Part shown: positions 29,165-42,814 of the stretch, one piece after another
Numbering within the stretch: position 1 is the stretch's first letter
Layout of the letters: each line of letters opens with the position of its first letter
Assembly (NCBI GenBank): GCA_963762565.1
Contig: CAVXLD010000001.1
Location: forward strand, 1,344,001-1,408,000
DNA: 64,000 nt
From: an uncultured Verrucomicrobiae bacterium
Lineage (GTDB): Bacteria > Verrucomicrobiota > Verrucomicrobiia > Chthoniobacterales > JAFAMB01
Direction: 5' to 3'
Notes under the pieces: generated by a model
The model's input: the letters and a program-made list of their open reading frames with translations, nothing else
Told to the model about the DNA's origin: nothing
Database searches by the model: none
Position numbers and translations under genes: made by a program

Positions 29165-29686
29165 TCATTCGGCCGGCTGTTTCGCGACTGATTCCTTTAC
29201 CTTGGTCCAAACCGCTGTCCGACCGAGTAGGGAGATCCCGATATAGCCCCTCAGCTTTAGCGTGTCGCCGCCGCTATACTCCAGAAAAGAAGAGTAGGTG
29301 TTTCCCGACTTAGGATCGTAAACAGTTCCGTGGTCCCATTTTCCTGATCCTTCCGGGGTGAAGCCGGTCATGAAAACCAACCCGATAAGGGGCCGGTTCC
29401 TTTTCGCCGGATCCGGATTCGAGATGTCGGTTTTTTCAATCCCGTCCGACGTGTATTCTTTGTTCAACGCGGCGATCTTTCCACTCAGCGTTCCATCCAC
29501 TTCAAAAATTTCGATCTCTGCATCTTGGGTTTTCCAGAGTCCCACTGGAGCCGTTCCTTCGTCCGCTCTACTCGCGCTCGGTGAGATTGCGGAGGCTAGG
29601 AGTAACGTTAAAACGGCGATTTTCCTGAACCCCGTGTATAAGCCGATCAACCCTGGATCTGGCGTTGGATTTGACTTTGATTGCAT
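29165..29686 (-). CDS. DUF2147 family protein
   Basis: PVGLWKT, DISNPDPAKRNRPLIG, GTVYDPKSGNTY, LKLRGYIGISLLGRTAVW; start uncertain. Confidence 0.88.
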   Translation of the reverse strand: MQSKSNPTPDPGLIGLYTGFRKIAVLTLLLASAISPSASRADEGTAPVGLWKTQDAEIEIFEVDGTLSGKIAALNKEYTSDGIEKTDISNPDPAKRNRPLIGLVFMTGFTPEGSGKWDHGTVYDPKSGNTYSSFLEYSGGDTLKLRGYIGISLLGRTAVWTKVKESVAKQPAE

Positions 29687-30006
29687 AGCCGGCGTCCCAT
29701 CTGTCTCTCCTGAGGCTCTCAAGTAGTAAACGCCTCACCCCATAATTTATTCCCACGGGTGTTTCCGGGTTCAAGTTCAGCTGCGTTGCGTCTAGCTTGG
29801 TTTCAGCCTGAACGGCATCAACCATCGCGCAGCGTCGCACCTCGCTTCATCGCCCTGAGAAATGTTGATCGGGTGGCTCTTTTCCGCTTACTAAGGCTTC
29901 ACTACCATGCTTTTGTAGAATTCGCGCGCCGATAAACCGATGGCCGGGCTTGTGTTACAGACGACCATCTGGTAATAGCAAAGCGATCTTAAGGTAGGAA
30001 AGATCT

Positions 30007-30177
30007 ATGGAAAACTTGACCTGGTTAGCGGCAGTGACTCTTTCGTTTTCTTTAGGGCCAGTCGTGGCTTTGATAGCGGGCGTTCTGATTCTAATCATGC
30101 CGCGGCTGTTAAACTTCATCGTGGCGCTTTACCTGATAATCGTCGGCTTGAGCGGCCTTTTGCATTGGCCTCTATAG
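30007..30177 (+). CDS. DUF3096 family small membrane protein
   Basis: Manual translation MENLTWLAAVTLSFSLGPVVALIAGVLILIMPRLLNFIVALYLIIVGLSGLLHWPL. Confidence 0.85.
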   Translation: MENLTWLAAVTLSFSLGPVVALIAGVLILIMPRLLNFIVALYLIIVGLSGLLHWPL

Positions 30178-30250
30178 TTAGGGCCGCGAAAGACGCGCCA
30201 ACGACCTGAGCAGCCCCGATATCGCTTTCCAGGCTGGCAAAGAGAGTCGT

Positions 30251-31018
30251 CTATTCCCGCTTGGGCAAGGTTCCTTTTTCGATCAGGAGCCGCAGAGCAT
30301 CATCGAATCCTCGCCAAGCCGCGGCCGCTAAACCGCCGCCGGTGCTCACCCGCCTCACACCAATGTCTGCCAAGCTGGCAACGCGCATCTCGGGTCCCAT
30401 CAGCAGCGCATTTACTGGCTTCGGCGCCACGGCCGAAACCAATTCAGCCATCGCCGAAAGATCTCTGATACCAGGAGCATACAAACAATCGGCTCCGGCA
30501 TTTGCGTAAGCCACAAGTCGCTCGATAGTCGCCGCAAGATCCGTCTGTCCAATGAGAAACCCTTCCGACCGGGCAACCAAAATAACGTCGTGGCCCGATT
30601 TCGTGATCGCCTCTCGCGCTGCTTTGATTCGATTTACTGCCAGCCGTAATTCGTAAAGAGAACGGCCGGTTCGATCCTCGATCGAGAGGCCAGCCACACC
30701 TGTGTCGAGGGCAAGAGTGACGTTCGCCGCGACATCCTCCGGCTCATCGGCAAAACCGGCTTCGAAATCGGCGTTAATCGGTAGATCCGTGGCGGCAGAG
30801 AGGAAACGTAAATGCGTCAGCACCTCGTCGAGCGACAGTTCGCCGTCATTTCGTCCAATAGCCCAGGCAGCGCCGGCGCTGGTCGAAGCCAGCGCCTTGA
30901 ACCCGGCCTTCTCGAGCCGTCTGATTCCGCCTAGGTCCCAAGGGTTCGGTAAGACAAAGCATCCCTCCTGATGGAGAGCCCGAAAAGAGGCACGTTTTGC
31001 GCGCAGATCCGTATCCAT
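30251..31018 (-). CDS. Isocitrate lyase/PEP mutase family protein
   Basis: LPNPWD, ASTSAG, NADFEAGF, SIED, AGADCLYAPG. Confidence 0.92.
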   Translation of the reverse strand: MDTDLRAKRASFRALHQEGCFVLPNPWDLGGIRRLEKAGFKALASTSAGAAWAIGRNDGELSLDEVLTHLRFLSAATDLPINADFEAGFADEPEDVAANVTLALDTGVAGLSIEDRTGRSLYELRLAVNRIKAAREAITKSGHDVILVARSEGFLIGQTDLAATIERLVAYANAGADCLYAPGIRDLSAMAELVSAVAPKPVNALLMGPEMRVASLADIGVRRVSTGGGLAAAAWRGFDDALRLLIEKGTLPKRE

Positions 31019-31070
31019 ATCCTCCGTTCGTTTAATCCACGAAAAAGAGATTTCAATCTGAATAGGCTGG

Positions 31071-31505
31071 TTAAGCCGAGACTGAGGCGCAGAGCAGGAG
31101 AAACCCGAGGAGAAAGAAGACCGCCGAGATAATGCGGACAATTCGCAAGGTTTGTTCACCGGAGACCGGGAAAGGGATACCGCTCAAATCCTGTTCCGGC
31201 GGTAGATCTCGGAATGGAATCACCCACCAGATGGCGATCACTAGACAGACACTGAGACAAAAGACCGCTCCCCAAGCAGTGGCATTAGCAACGCCACCGG
31301 AACCGAAGCGCAATGCGTAGATCACCGTCGCCAAAAGGTCTCCCCCCAACAACAGAACATACACGATGGTATCGAGGTTCGAAGGCTCATGCTGGCTAGG
31401 CAAATCCGGGGAATGATGGCTAACCAGATCATGCCTCACCATCGCATATTGATAGACTGCGAAGACGCCCGAAAGAACTAGGACGAAAAACTTGAGCCAG
31501 TCCAT
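31071..31505 (-). CDS. Hypothetical membrane protein (about 4 TM)
   Basis: Four hydrophobic segments from MDWLKFF. Confidence 0.6.
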   Translation of the reverse strand: MDWLKFFVLVLSGVFAVYQYAMVRHDLVSHHSPDLPSQHEPSNLDTIVYVLLLGGDLLATVIYALRFGSGGVANATAWGAVFCLSVCLVIAIWWVIPFRDLPPEQDLSGIPFPVSGEQTLRIVRIISAVFFLLGFLLLCASVSA

Positions 31506-31768
31506 AGGAGTTAGCGCTCCCTTGCTGCCTCTATCGATCGATTCACCGGTCGCAAAAATCCTTTCCTTAGCCGGTTTGGCTTCCAAATTATCTGCATTTG
31601 GTAGCGATACCAGCTGTGAGTAGAATACTCCGTTTACGCCGGAGCATTCTACTGCTTTTTTCTTGAGACGCCCTCGGAAGCCAGATACAGAGCGCAGACG
31701 ACGGAAAGACGTGCGTACGTACGCTCTCTCCTTGCTTACCACGGCCTCGCACGCGAGGCGCGCTCCAC

Positions 31769-31809
31769 AAAAGAAAACCCGCCCAACCTTACGGCGGGAC
31801 GGGTTTTCG
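31769..31809 (-). terminator. Intrinsic terminator after groEL
   Basis: Minus strand gaaaacccg...cgggttttc followed by tttt. Confidence 0.7.
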
Positions 31810-31832
31810 AAGTGCTTAGCTGGACTGCTCTC

Positions 31833-33491
<1,659 letters not shown>

Positions 33492-33504
33492 TTAATGTTC
33501 GTTG

Positions 33505-33798
33505 TTATCCAAGGATGCCAAGGATGTCGTCCTCGCGCATAATTAGATAGTTATCGCCGTCGATCTTGATTTCGGTGCCGCCATACTTGGAGATCAGCAC
33601 CTTGTCGCCGACTTTGACGTTGAATTCGACTTTCTTCCCGTTGTCGTCGAGTTTCCCCGTTCCGAGAGCGACCACTGTTCCTTCCTGCGGCTTCTCTTTT
33701 GCCGTGTCAGGAATAATGATGCCTCCTTTTTTTAATTCCTTCTCTTCGAGCGGCTGCACTAACACCCGATCGCCGAGCGGTTTTACGTTAATTGCCAT
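33505..33798 (-). CDS. groES: Co-chaperonin GroES
   Basis: [25 protein letters not shown]. Confidence 0.99.
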   Translation of the reverse strand: MAINVKPLGDRVLVQPLEEKELKKGGIIIPDTAKEKPQEGTVVALGTGKLDDNGKKVEFNVKVGDKVLISKYGGTEIKIDGDNYLIMREDDILGILG

Positions 33799-33901
33799 AA
33801 ACTAATTTATCCTTCTTTTGCTTTGCGGTTTATGATGCACCGGTTGAGCTGCAGCGAAGGATGGGATGCAGGCTCAACCGGAAACACTTCAAAAGTTAGC
33901 G

Positions 33902-35932
<2,031 letters not shown>

Positions 35933-36159
35933 TTACATTTAATTACGTTTAATCCGAGCGCCTGATTCTGCGTCATCTTGGCGCGCGTGGCACACTGGGG
36001 TGCGCCAAAAATGCTTTACACAGCAAGGCCGCAAAGGCCGCAAAGAAATGATTATGGAGAATTTAAAACCGACCGTCCTGGTTTGCGGCGAAATTCCAGC
36101 GGTCGCTTGATTTACCCCACTTCAGGCGGCACTCTCGTCAAAACGGAACACTGGCGCCG

Positions 36160-36696
36160 ATGACCGACCCTGCACCACGAGACACTCCTAATCCGCTTGA
36201 AAACCCAGGACAAATCGAGCGTGAAGGGTTGGAAATAACAGAACGAGACATTGTTTTTGAATGTCCGCACTGTCAGGGAGAGCTGGTTGTCGACTTGGAA
36301 GGGGCCGGGTTGTCCTTCCCCTGCGTGCATTGCGGGCAAACGGTCACGGTGCCGGAATATCACGGGCCATCGCTGCACTTTTTGGAAGCAGCTACGTCGA
36401 AATTGACCGAGGCATTACGGAACGCCCGGAAAGGATCGCCTAGAAAATTCGATCTCAATAATCGGGCGCCAGCCGAGTTGGCCGCCCGTCAGACCGAGCT
36501 TGAACAGCAGAGCCAGGAAATTCAGGCGCAATCGGCGGAACTGAGAGGTCAGGTGAACCACGCCTTAATCCAGCTCCATCGTTATCAACTGAAGCTGGAA
36601 ATGCTAACCGAAAGCCAATCCGAGCTGGAGACGGAACTCAAGGCGATCGCAGAGCAACTCTCGCCCGAGGCTCCGCAGGTGAGAAGTGAGAAGTGA
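36160..36696 (+). CDS. Zinc-ribbon plus coiled-coil hypothetical protein
   Basis: FECPHC...FPCVHC; C-terminal heptad pattern. Confidence 0.75.
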   Translation: MTDPAPRDTPNPLENPGQIEREGLEITERDIVFECPHCQGELVVDLEGAGLSFPCVHCGQTVTVPEYHGPSLHFLEAATSKLTEALRNARKGSPRKFDLNNRAPAELAARQTELEQQSQEIQAQSAELRGQVNHALIQLHRYQLKLEMLTESQSELETELKAIAEQLSPEAPQVRSEK

Positions 36697-36806
36697 TTGG
36701 CGAGAAATGAGAGGCTCACAAGGCGCTTCGTTCTCGTCCTCGTCGTCGTCCTCGTCCTCGAATCCGGCCACGCGGAGTGATGGAGTGATGGAGTGATGGA
36801 GTGATG
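36679..36806. repeat. Stack of solitary repeat arms (GTGAGAA x3, CTCGTC run, GGAGTGAT x4)
   Basis: gtgagaagtgagaagtga; ttctcgtcctcgtcgtcgtcctcgtcctcg; ggagtgatggagtgatggagtgatggagtgatg. Confidence 0.8.
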
Positions 36807-37069
36807 CGAGCTACAGAGCGGAATGCGACGTCCCTGCTCAGGTCCACGGGACGCCGCTCTACCTTTCACTTTTCACCCTCAGCCTCTCCAACCGGCTACG
36901 CGGGTGCTTTTCGGACTTGGCGAGTGCCTATCGGCGCTTTAAATGGTCCGCACGTATTGCGATTGGATAGATGCGACGCCCGGGGACCTCCTGGCGAACA
37001 TGGCTCCTGACAGCGCTTATTTCAGGTTGCAAGAGCGACTAATCGATACCAAACTCGTAGGCTCGTTTC

Positions 37070-37157
37070 GGATGGGTGCCAGAGCGGTCGATTGGGCACG
37101 CCTGGAAAGCGTGTGTACCGCAAGGTACCGAGGGTTCGAATCCCTCCCCATCCGCCA
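37070..37157 (+). tRNA. tRNA-Ser (anticodon GGA)
   Basis: GGATGGG acceptor stem, anticodon arm CACGC-CTGGAAA-GCGTG, long variable arm GTACCGCAAGGTAC, GGTTCGAATCC, encoded CCA. Confidence 0.97.
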
Positions 37158-37235
37158 GATCCGGTGGTAATCGTTCTCGTCGTCGGCCTCGTACTCGACT
37201 TCAAAGAGCTACCCAACTCGCGGGGAGTCGTCCTC

Positions 37236-38471
37236 TCAACCGGACTCCGCTATCCGCTCCATCAGATACTGCCGAAGCGCGGGGTCTTCGGTCAAGCCGA
37301 TGGCTCGCTGCCAAGCATTGCGCGCCTCGGCGTCGTTTCCCAGCGAATGCAGGAGAAAAGCGCGTGCGGCCCAGTAAGGCTGATAACTGCCTATACGATC
37401 CGGTGAGATTTCAGCGAGGGCAGTAAGACCCGCTCCAGGATCACCCGCCTGCGCTAGGGCGACCGCTCTACCGACTAGTGAACCGATTCCGGGGGCGACT
37501 CGGACTAATCCTTCGTAAAGCAATGCGATCGCTTGCCAGTCGGTTTCGCCGGTCACTGCCCGCTGGGCGTGCACCGACTGTATGGCAGCCTCCAGTTGAA
37601 ACCGTCCCATCCGGCTAAAGCCAGCAGCAACGCTCAAATGCTCTTCTGCTTCCGAAATGAGAGGTCGCGACCACTTATCTGTGTCCTGCTTATCGAGCGG
37701 AATAAAGTGGCCCTCCTCGCCACGCCTGGCGTGTCGGTGCGCCTGGCAATGCAACATCAAGGCGAGTAGGCCATGCGGTTCTGGTTCGGATGGCATCAAG
37801 CTCACCATCACTCGTCCTAAAACGATCGCTTCTTCCGCCAGAGCTCCGTCGCTAGATATTGCGTCGGATGGGTTTTCCCAACCCGTAGTGTAGGCGGCAT
37901 AGATCGCATCCAGGACAAACGTGAGCCTTTCACCCCATTCTTGCGGTTCCGGAACCCGAAAAGGAATGGCGGCGTCGCGTATTTTAGTTTTGGCACGGAC
38001 TAGCCGCTGACTCATTGCCTTCGGCGAGACTAGAAACGCGGAGGCAATCCGGGCCGCATCGATACCAAGGACGGTCTGTAACATCAAAGGAGTCCGCGCA
38101 ACGACGTCAATGGACGGGTGGGCGCAGACGAACATCAGCTTGAGGCGTTCATCTGGGAAAGAATCATGGTTTATGGCCATCGTTTGAGCCTCCTCGGCGA
38201 TTTGTTGGAGCGGTTCGGCCGAACGTAACCGAACTTTTTCATGGCGAGCGTTATCGATGATCCGGTTCCGCGCAGCTCGGAGAAGCCACGCCTCGGGTTT
38301 ATCCGGGACTCCATCCACCGGCCAGCGCTGCAAGGCGGCCACAAAAGCGTCGCTCAAAGCGTCTTCCGCGCCGGCTACGTCACCAGAGCGCGCCGCCAGA
38401 TAAGCGATGATCTGACCGTACGACTGCCGGAGGACGTTTTCGATAGCGGAGTGCGTAGTGGCTGCGTTCAT
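37236..38471 (-). CDS. ECF RNA polymerase sigma factor with long C-terminal extension (ECF42-like, DUF6596/TPR)
   Basis: AEDALSDAF, PEAWL, PDERLKLMFVCAHP, QRLVRAK, LQAAI-like LEAAIQSVH; adjacent YciI gene. Confidence 0.88.
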   Translation of the reverse strand: MNAATTHSAIENVLRQSYGQIIAYLAARSGDVAGAEDALSDAFVAALQRWPVDGVPDKPEAWLLRAARNRIIDNARHEKVRLRSAEPLQQIAEEAQTMAINHDSFPDERLKLMFVCAHPSIDVVARTPLMLQTVLGIDAARIASAFLVSPKAMSQRLVRAKTKIRDAAIPFRVPEPQEWGERLTFVLDAIYAAYTTGWENPSDAISSDGALAEEAIVLGRVMVSLMPSEPEPHGLLALMLHCQAHRHARRGEEGHFIPLDKQDTDKWSRPLISEAEEHLSVAAGFSRMGRFQLEAAIQSVHAQRAVTGETDWQAIALLYEGLVRVAPGIGSLVGRAVALAQAGDPGAGLTALAEISPDRIGSYQPYWAARAFLLHSLGNDAEARNAWQRAIGLTEDPALRQYLMERIAESG

Positions 38472-38563
38472 CGCGAGAAGCCTGCCGACCGGCCAATGTC
38501 CTACGGCCCTGGGGGTTTGGAGACACAACGTACATCAGCACTGGGCAAGGCGAAAAGAGCGCC

Positions 38564-38924
38564 CTATCTGCCGCCTGGTGCTAAAACCCCCCGCACTTCG
38601 ACCGTGCCGTGCATCGCCCACGGGCAACGCCCCGCCCCAATCTACCGCTGTCTCCATGTTCGGCACTTCAACTAGAAAGAAGCCGGCCAGCGATTCTTTG
38701 GCCTCGGCGTAAGGGCCATCTTCTACCTGGTTTTTACCTTCCCGGATACGGACAATTTTGCCATTCTCCGGAACTTCCAGGCCGGCACCAGAGACCATGA
38801 TACCGGAGTCTTGAATTGCCTTTACATAGGCCATGAACTCGCCCCAGAAAACCGGCCCCTTTACCGGATCGGTGCGCAGATCAAAATCAGCTTTAGAGCC
38901 GTGGAATATCAGCATGTATTTCAT
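38564..38924 (-). CDS. YciI (DGPF) family protein with apparent +1 frameshift
   Basis: DGPYAEAKESLAGFF; removing one G near 38637 restores DWAGRCPWAMHGTVEVR and a stop at 38564. Confidence 0.8.
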
Positions 38925-39103
38925 AGCAAGAAGATCAGTTTCGAACCGGCCAACAGAACCAGCTCCACAATGCTGACGTCTTACGGGTAACCGATTTCGA
39001 CACGGTACCTCGAAAAATTCAGCGCCTTTTCTTGCTATGCCCAGGATCTCCGCTCTCTAGTGAGCCCTTTCCGCTCCCAGGCTCCCAGCTCCTTTGCGTT
39101 TCC

Positions 39104-40192
39104 TCAGATCGCATTTCCCGCCGAATCGAACAGATGCACGTTTCCTAAGTCGAAATCGAAACCAACCGAGTCAGCGTGGCGAAGGTCGTTAAATCCTCGT
39201 AAGGCAATAGTCAGCCGGTTATTGGCCGGGGTGAGACCGTGGACGTAGGTTGATTCTCCCAGCGCTTCGACGACTTCGATTGTCAGCAGGCCTTTTCCTG
39301 AGGCCTGCGGCACCACCTTTAGATGTTCCGGCCGAATACCCAAGGTAGCCTCAGATCCTGGTGCAACCTGAACCTCACCGCTCAATGGCACCGATAAAGT
39401 GCCCCCGAGGAAATCGTCGCTTTCCAAAGTGATTTCACCTAACCGGTTCTCCACGACCTTCACCTTAAGAAAATTCATTCTGGGCGCTCCGATAAAGCCG
39501 GCTACAAAAAGGTTGACCGGACGCGAGTAAAGATCCCGTGGTGATCCGATCTGTTCGACACTGCCGTCATTTAAGACGACAATTTTCTCCGCTAAGGTCA
39601 TGGCTTCGACCTGATCATGGGTAACGTAAATCATGGTGGTTTGCAGACCACTATGCAGCTTCGAAAGCTCGATTCGCATCTGGACGCGCAACTCGGCGTC
39701 TAAGTTGGATAACGGTTCGTCGAACAGGAAAATCTCCGGTTCCCTCACAATCGCCCTCCCGATTGCGACGCGCTGCTTTTGCCCGCCGGAGAGTTCTTTA
39801 GGTCGTCGTTTCAGATAAGGTGTCAACTGAAGGATGTCTGCAGCCCTGGCGACCCGCTCTCGAATTTCTTGCTTTGGGCGACCGGCCATTCGTAAACCGA
39901 AGCCCATATTGTCTGCGACCGACATATGGGGGTACAGCGCGTAGGACTGGAAGACCATGGCGACGCCTCGCTTTGCCGGGTCGACTTCGTTCATCAGCTG
40001 GCCGCCAATGTAAACCTCGCCCTCGTTTACCTCCTCGAGACCAGCGATGATCCTCAACAGGGTCGATTTACCACAACCGGAAGGACCTACCAAAACGACG
40101 AATTCGCCGTCGGCGACTTCCAGATCGACACTGTGGATAACCTCCGTCTTACCGTAACACTTGATGATTTTCGAGAGGGTGAGACTGGCCAT
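39104..40192 (-). CDS. Sugar ABC transporter ATP-binding protein (MalK/UgpC family)
   Basis: GPSGCGKST, LSGGQKQRVA, FDEPLSNLD, TOBE-like C-terminus. Confidence 0.95.
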   Translation of the reverse strand: MASLTLSKIIKCYGKTEVIHSVDLEVADGEFVVLVGPSGCGKSTLLRIIAGLEEVNEGEVYIGGQLMNEVDPAKRGVAMVFQSYALYPHMSVADNMGFGLRMAGRPKQEIRERVARAADILQLTPYLKRRPKELSGGQKQRVAIGRAIVREPEIFLFDEPLSNLDAELRVQMRIELSKLHSGLQTTMIYVTHDQVEAMTLAEKIVVLNDGSVEQIGSPRDLYSRPVNLFVAGFIGAPRMNFLKVKVVENRLGEITLESDDFLGGTLSVPLSGEVQVAPGSEATLGIRPEHLKVVPQASGKGLLTIEVVEALGESTYVHGLTPANNRLTIALRGFNDLRHADSVGFDFDLGNVHLFDSAGNAI

Positions 40193-40238
40193 GAGCTTTT
40201 AAGTAAAATCCTGAAAAAGTGCAATTTCAGGTAACAGA

Positions 40239-40365
40239 GAGGTTCGAGGAGTTCAAGGAGCTGGTAGGGCGAGGCTCCCGAAATACCGAACGGTGTCAAC
40301 AAGGTGCCCCATTTTTGTTGAATTGACCCGTCCGGAGCCTCGCCCTATCGAACTCCTCGAAAACT
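40239..40365. repeat. REP-like family B, short copy, nested in 9-mer (GGAGTTCRA) arms
   Basis: gaggttcgaggagttcaaggagct-ggtagggcgaggctcc ... ggagcctcgccctatc-gaactcctcga. Confidence 0.8.
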
Positions 40366-40628
40366 ATTTTCGAAACTTCCGTACGTTTCTTGGGTTACGT
40401 CGTGTGAAGTAACGTGTGTGAGAGCGACTGCGAATTCGCCCGGGAGCGGCGAGTGAAGTGATCGCTGGGAACGCGAACGACTTCGACACAATCTGCTTCG
40501 CCCGAACCTGGGTTTTTGGCGGCCGCAGGTTATCTCTGGTTGGTTGATTGGGTGCAATATCACCTCTTGTCGACCGATCGGAGAAAAAGCAAACGTGGGA
40601 AAAACCTTAACAACTGTTTATCAACATC

Positions 40629-40820
40629 ATGAACAAAGTTATTCTTCTGCTCACGGCGGTGTTGGGCCTCAGCGTTGCAGCATTTGCAGCCGATCCTACA
40701 CCAGCCCCTTCTGCTAGCGCTGAAGCTTCTGCTACTGCCAAGAAGCATCACGCCACGCATCACCACACCCATCACGCGAAAGCTTCTGCTAGCGCCAGCG
40801 CCAGCGCTACCCCGCAGTAG
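40629..40820 (+). CDS. Small secreted His/Ala/Ser-rich peptide
   Basis: Signal peptide, then KKHHATHHHTHHAK; followed by a terminator. Confidence 0.8.
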   Translation: MNKVILLLTAVLGLSVAAFAADPTPAPSASAEASATAKKHHATHHHTHHAKASASASASATPQ

Positions 40821-40850
40821 TTTTCCGGCTGGGAAAACGGTCTAACTTTA

Positions 40851-40884
40851 AAGACCCGCAGTAACCTGCGGGTCTTATTTTTTG
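40851..40884. terminator. Intrinsic terminator, probably bidirectional
   Basis: aagacccgcag-taac-ctgcgggtctt followed by atttttt, between convergent genes. Confidence 0.8.
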
Positions 40885-40920
40885 GGAGGGGCGGGGCCGC
40901 CAGGCCGAATCGTCCTCGTC

Positions 40921-41883
40921 CTACCCCCCAGCTGCGAGCTCAGAGAAATACAGTTTCTGGTTGCCGACGTCGATAATGCCGTGGTGTTGGAAAAAGAAAT
41001 CGGCGCCGAGTAAACCGCCAAACTGGTATCGAAGATCTTCTGGTCCAGGCGGCAACGCCGTAATTCCGACCACAGTCGTTCCAAGGCTATATTTACCGAT
41101 ACTCATCTGAGGAGCGATTCCTGCCCAGACCGCTCTCGTTTTGGAATGGATCCCCTTAGCGTTGACGCCGGTATGAATGATCGGGATGCCGGCTGCCGTA
41201 GCGACTTCAACAGGCAGCAGGGTGGTAAAACCACCCGTATCAACCACAAAACTGTAACGCTTTCCGTTTAAGCTTCCTTCGATCTCAAGCGCTCCTGAGC
41301 GAGCGATGCGCATGGGAATCGATTTGAGATGGCGTTTCCGGATATCCAACTGCACACCGGCTAATTCAGACGGGGACGAGCCCATCTGCATGTAGATGCG
41401 TTGCTGGGCACAGTCGATAATCGCTTTGTAGCGTTCCAGGATGTCCAGTCCCAGGATGCCATCCATTGGTACGGCCGTACCATCCGTACGAAGCCTGGCG
41501 CGGAAAGACGTTAGATCGATCAGCGCAACCGGCCCCGAACCAAGGCTTTGCGTACCCAGCCTCAAATTTTGCAGATTTGCAACCGGTACGACCCGGTCGT
41601 TGACCTCGATCTGGTTCGGCAGCTCAACGGTTTTGCCCAGGGCAGCCAGACCGAGCTGCTGTGCTTTCTTCTTGTCGACAATGGTCAGTGCCGCGCCAGT
41701 ATCTACGGCAAACCAGGCCGGCTTTCGGTTGACAAGTACCGGCGCAAAAAGATGATTCCCGGTAGTGCGACTCAACACGACTCCGTCCGTTGACTCGTTG
41801 GCCTTTGCGCACGGAAGTGCTATAAGGGAAAAATATAGGACCCCGAAAACCGGTGTGCGGAGTGAAGAAAAGGTTCGCTGCAT
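40921..41883 (-). CDS. Secreted two-domain retropepsin-like aspartyl protease
   Basis: Two DTG motifs (VDTGA, VDTGG), GILGLD and GLLGAD. Confidence 0.88.
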   Translation of the reverse strand: MQRTFSSLRTPVFGVLYFSLIALPCAKANESTDGVVLSRTTGNHLFAPVLVNRKPAWFAVDTGAALTIVDKKKAQQLGLAALGKTVELPNQIEVNDRVVPVANLQNLRLGTQSLGSGPVALIDLTSFRARLRTDGTAVPMDGILGLDILERYKAIIDCAQQRIYMQMGSSPSELAGVQLDIRKRHLKSIPMRIARSGALEIEGSLNGKRYSFVVDTGGFTTLLPVEVATAAGIPIIHTGVNAKGIHSKTRAVWAGIAPQMSIGKYSLGTTVVGITALPPGPEDLRYQFGGLLGADFFFQHHGIIDVGNQKLYFSELAAGG

Positions 41884-41894
41884 GGCGGAAAATT

Positions 41895-42656
41895 ATGAAG
41901 CATACACGATCCGGTACGTTTTGGTGGCGAATTTTTATTCTGGCGGCTCTCTGCTTGTTCTCGAGTAAGCCTTTGCGAGGCCAGACGGCTAACGGCTGGG
42001 GCGAGATATGGCAACAGCGAATGAGCATCGGCCAAGCTCGCTTAGACGAGGCATTCAAGCTCGCTGAATCCGGCAAACCAAATGAGGCGCTCGCTCGGAT
42101 CGACTCGATTATTGCCTCAAATCCTGACAACTGGCGGGCTCATTTTTTGAAGGCTGCCGTTTTAGTTTTGGTGAAGCGTCAGGATGATGCTCTTCAGCAA
42201 ATCGATGAGAGCATAAAACTGGCTCGCAAGAGCAATGTGAACCAAGCCTTGCTCGGGCAGCTTTACAGTAGCAAAGCTCGCACGTGTATCGACGCTCATC
42301 GGTACGAGGACGCGAGGCGAGCTTTGGAAACTGCGATTCACATTGATCCAAGTGATACCACCAGTTTGAATGACCTGGCTTGGCTGTTGGCGACAGCTCC
42401 GGAACCTCGTGTCCGCAATCCTCACAGGGCGGTGTCGCTAGCCCAGAAATGTTGCGGCTTAAACCATTGGACCAATGCTTACTCGATCGATACCCTGGCT
42501 GCCGCCTACGCGGCCGCCGGGAATTTCGGACAAGCGGTTCGCTACCAGCAGCTAGCCATGCAGGCTTTGGACAAGTCGGAACGAGCCGAACAGATAGGAG
42601 GCATGCAGGATCGGCTAAAATTGTATTCCAATCACCAGACTTACCAAGGTGATTGA
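41895..42656 (+). CDS. Secreted TPR-repeat protein
   Basis: Signal peptide, TPRs, LNDLAWLLAT, DTLAAAYA. Confidence 0.85.
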   Translation: MKHTRSGTFWWRIFILAALCLFSSKPLRGQTANGWGEIWQQRMSIGQARLDEAFKLAESGKPNEALARIDSIIASNPDNWRAHFLKAAVLVLVKRQDDALQQIDESIKLARKSNVNQALLGQLYSSKARTCIDAHRYEDARRALETAIHIDPSDTTSLNDLAWLLATAPEPRVRNPHRAVSLAQKCCGLNHWTNAYSIDTLAAAYAAAGNFGQAVRYQQLAMQALDKSERAEQIGGMQDRLKLYSNHQTYQGD

Positions 42657-42660
42657 GACA

Positions 42661-42805
42661 CAAGCTCTAAGTTCCAAGTTCCAAGTTCTAAGTTTTAAGT
42701 TTAAGGTTGCTGGTTTTATGTTTCACCGGGCATCTCGCCGGAGCGCCTCCCCCGCGTCAGGCCAACAACTTAAAACTTGAAACCTATAGCTTAAAACTTA
42801 GAACC
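42661..42805. repeat. Inverted heptamer (AAGTTYY) repeat element
   Basis: caagctctaagttccaagttccaagttctaagttttaag ... aacttaaaacttgaaacctatagcttaaaacttagaacc. Confidence 0.8.
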
Positions 42806-42814
42806 CTCTCTCTT

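Noticed and set aside
31619..31661. Hairpin agtagaatactccg/cggagcattctact plus T run as evidence of a small RNA
   Set aside because: No promoter or second copy identifiable; cannot be told apart from an isolated palindrome.
37070..37200. tRNA-anchored genomic island
   Set aside because: No integrase and no duplicated tRNA 3' end found in the window.
42707..42814. N-terminal extensions of ORFs (also 44729-44836, 8216-8257, 49975-50100, 31019-31159)
   Set aside because: They run through repeat elements or intergenic DNA; family homology starts at the downstream start codon.
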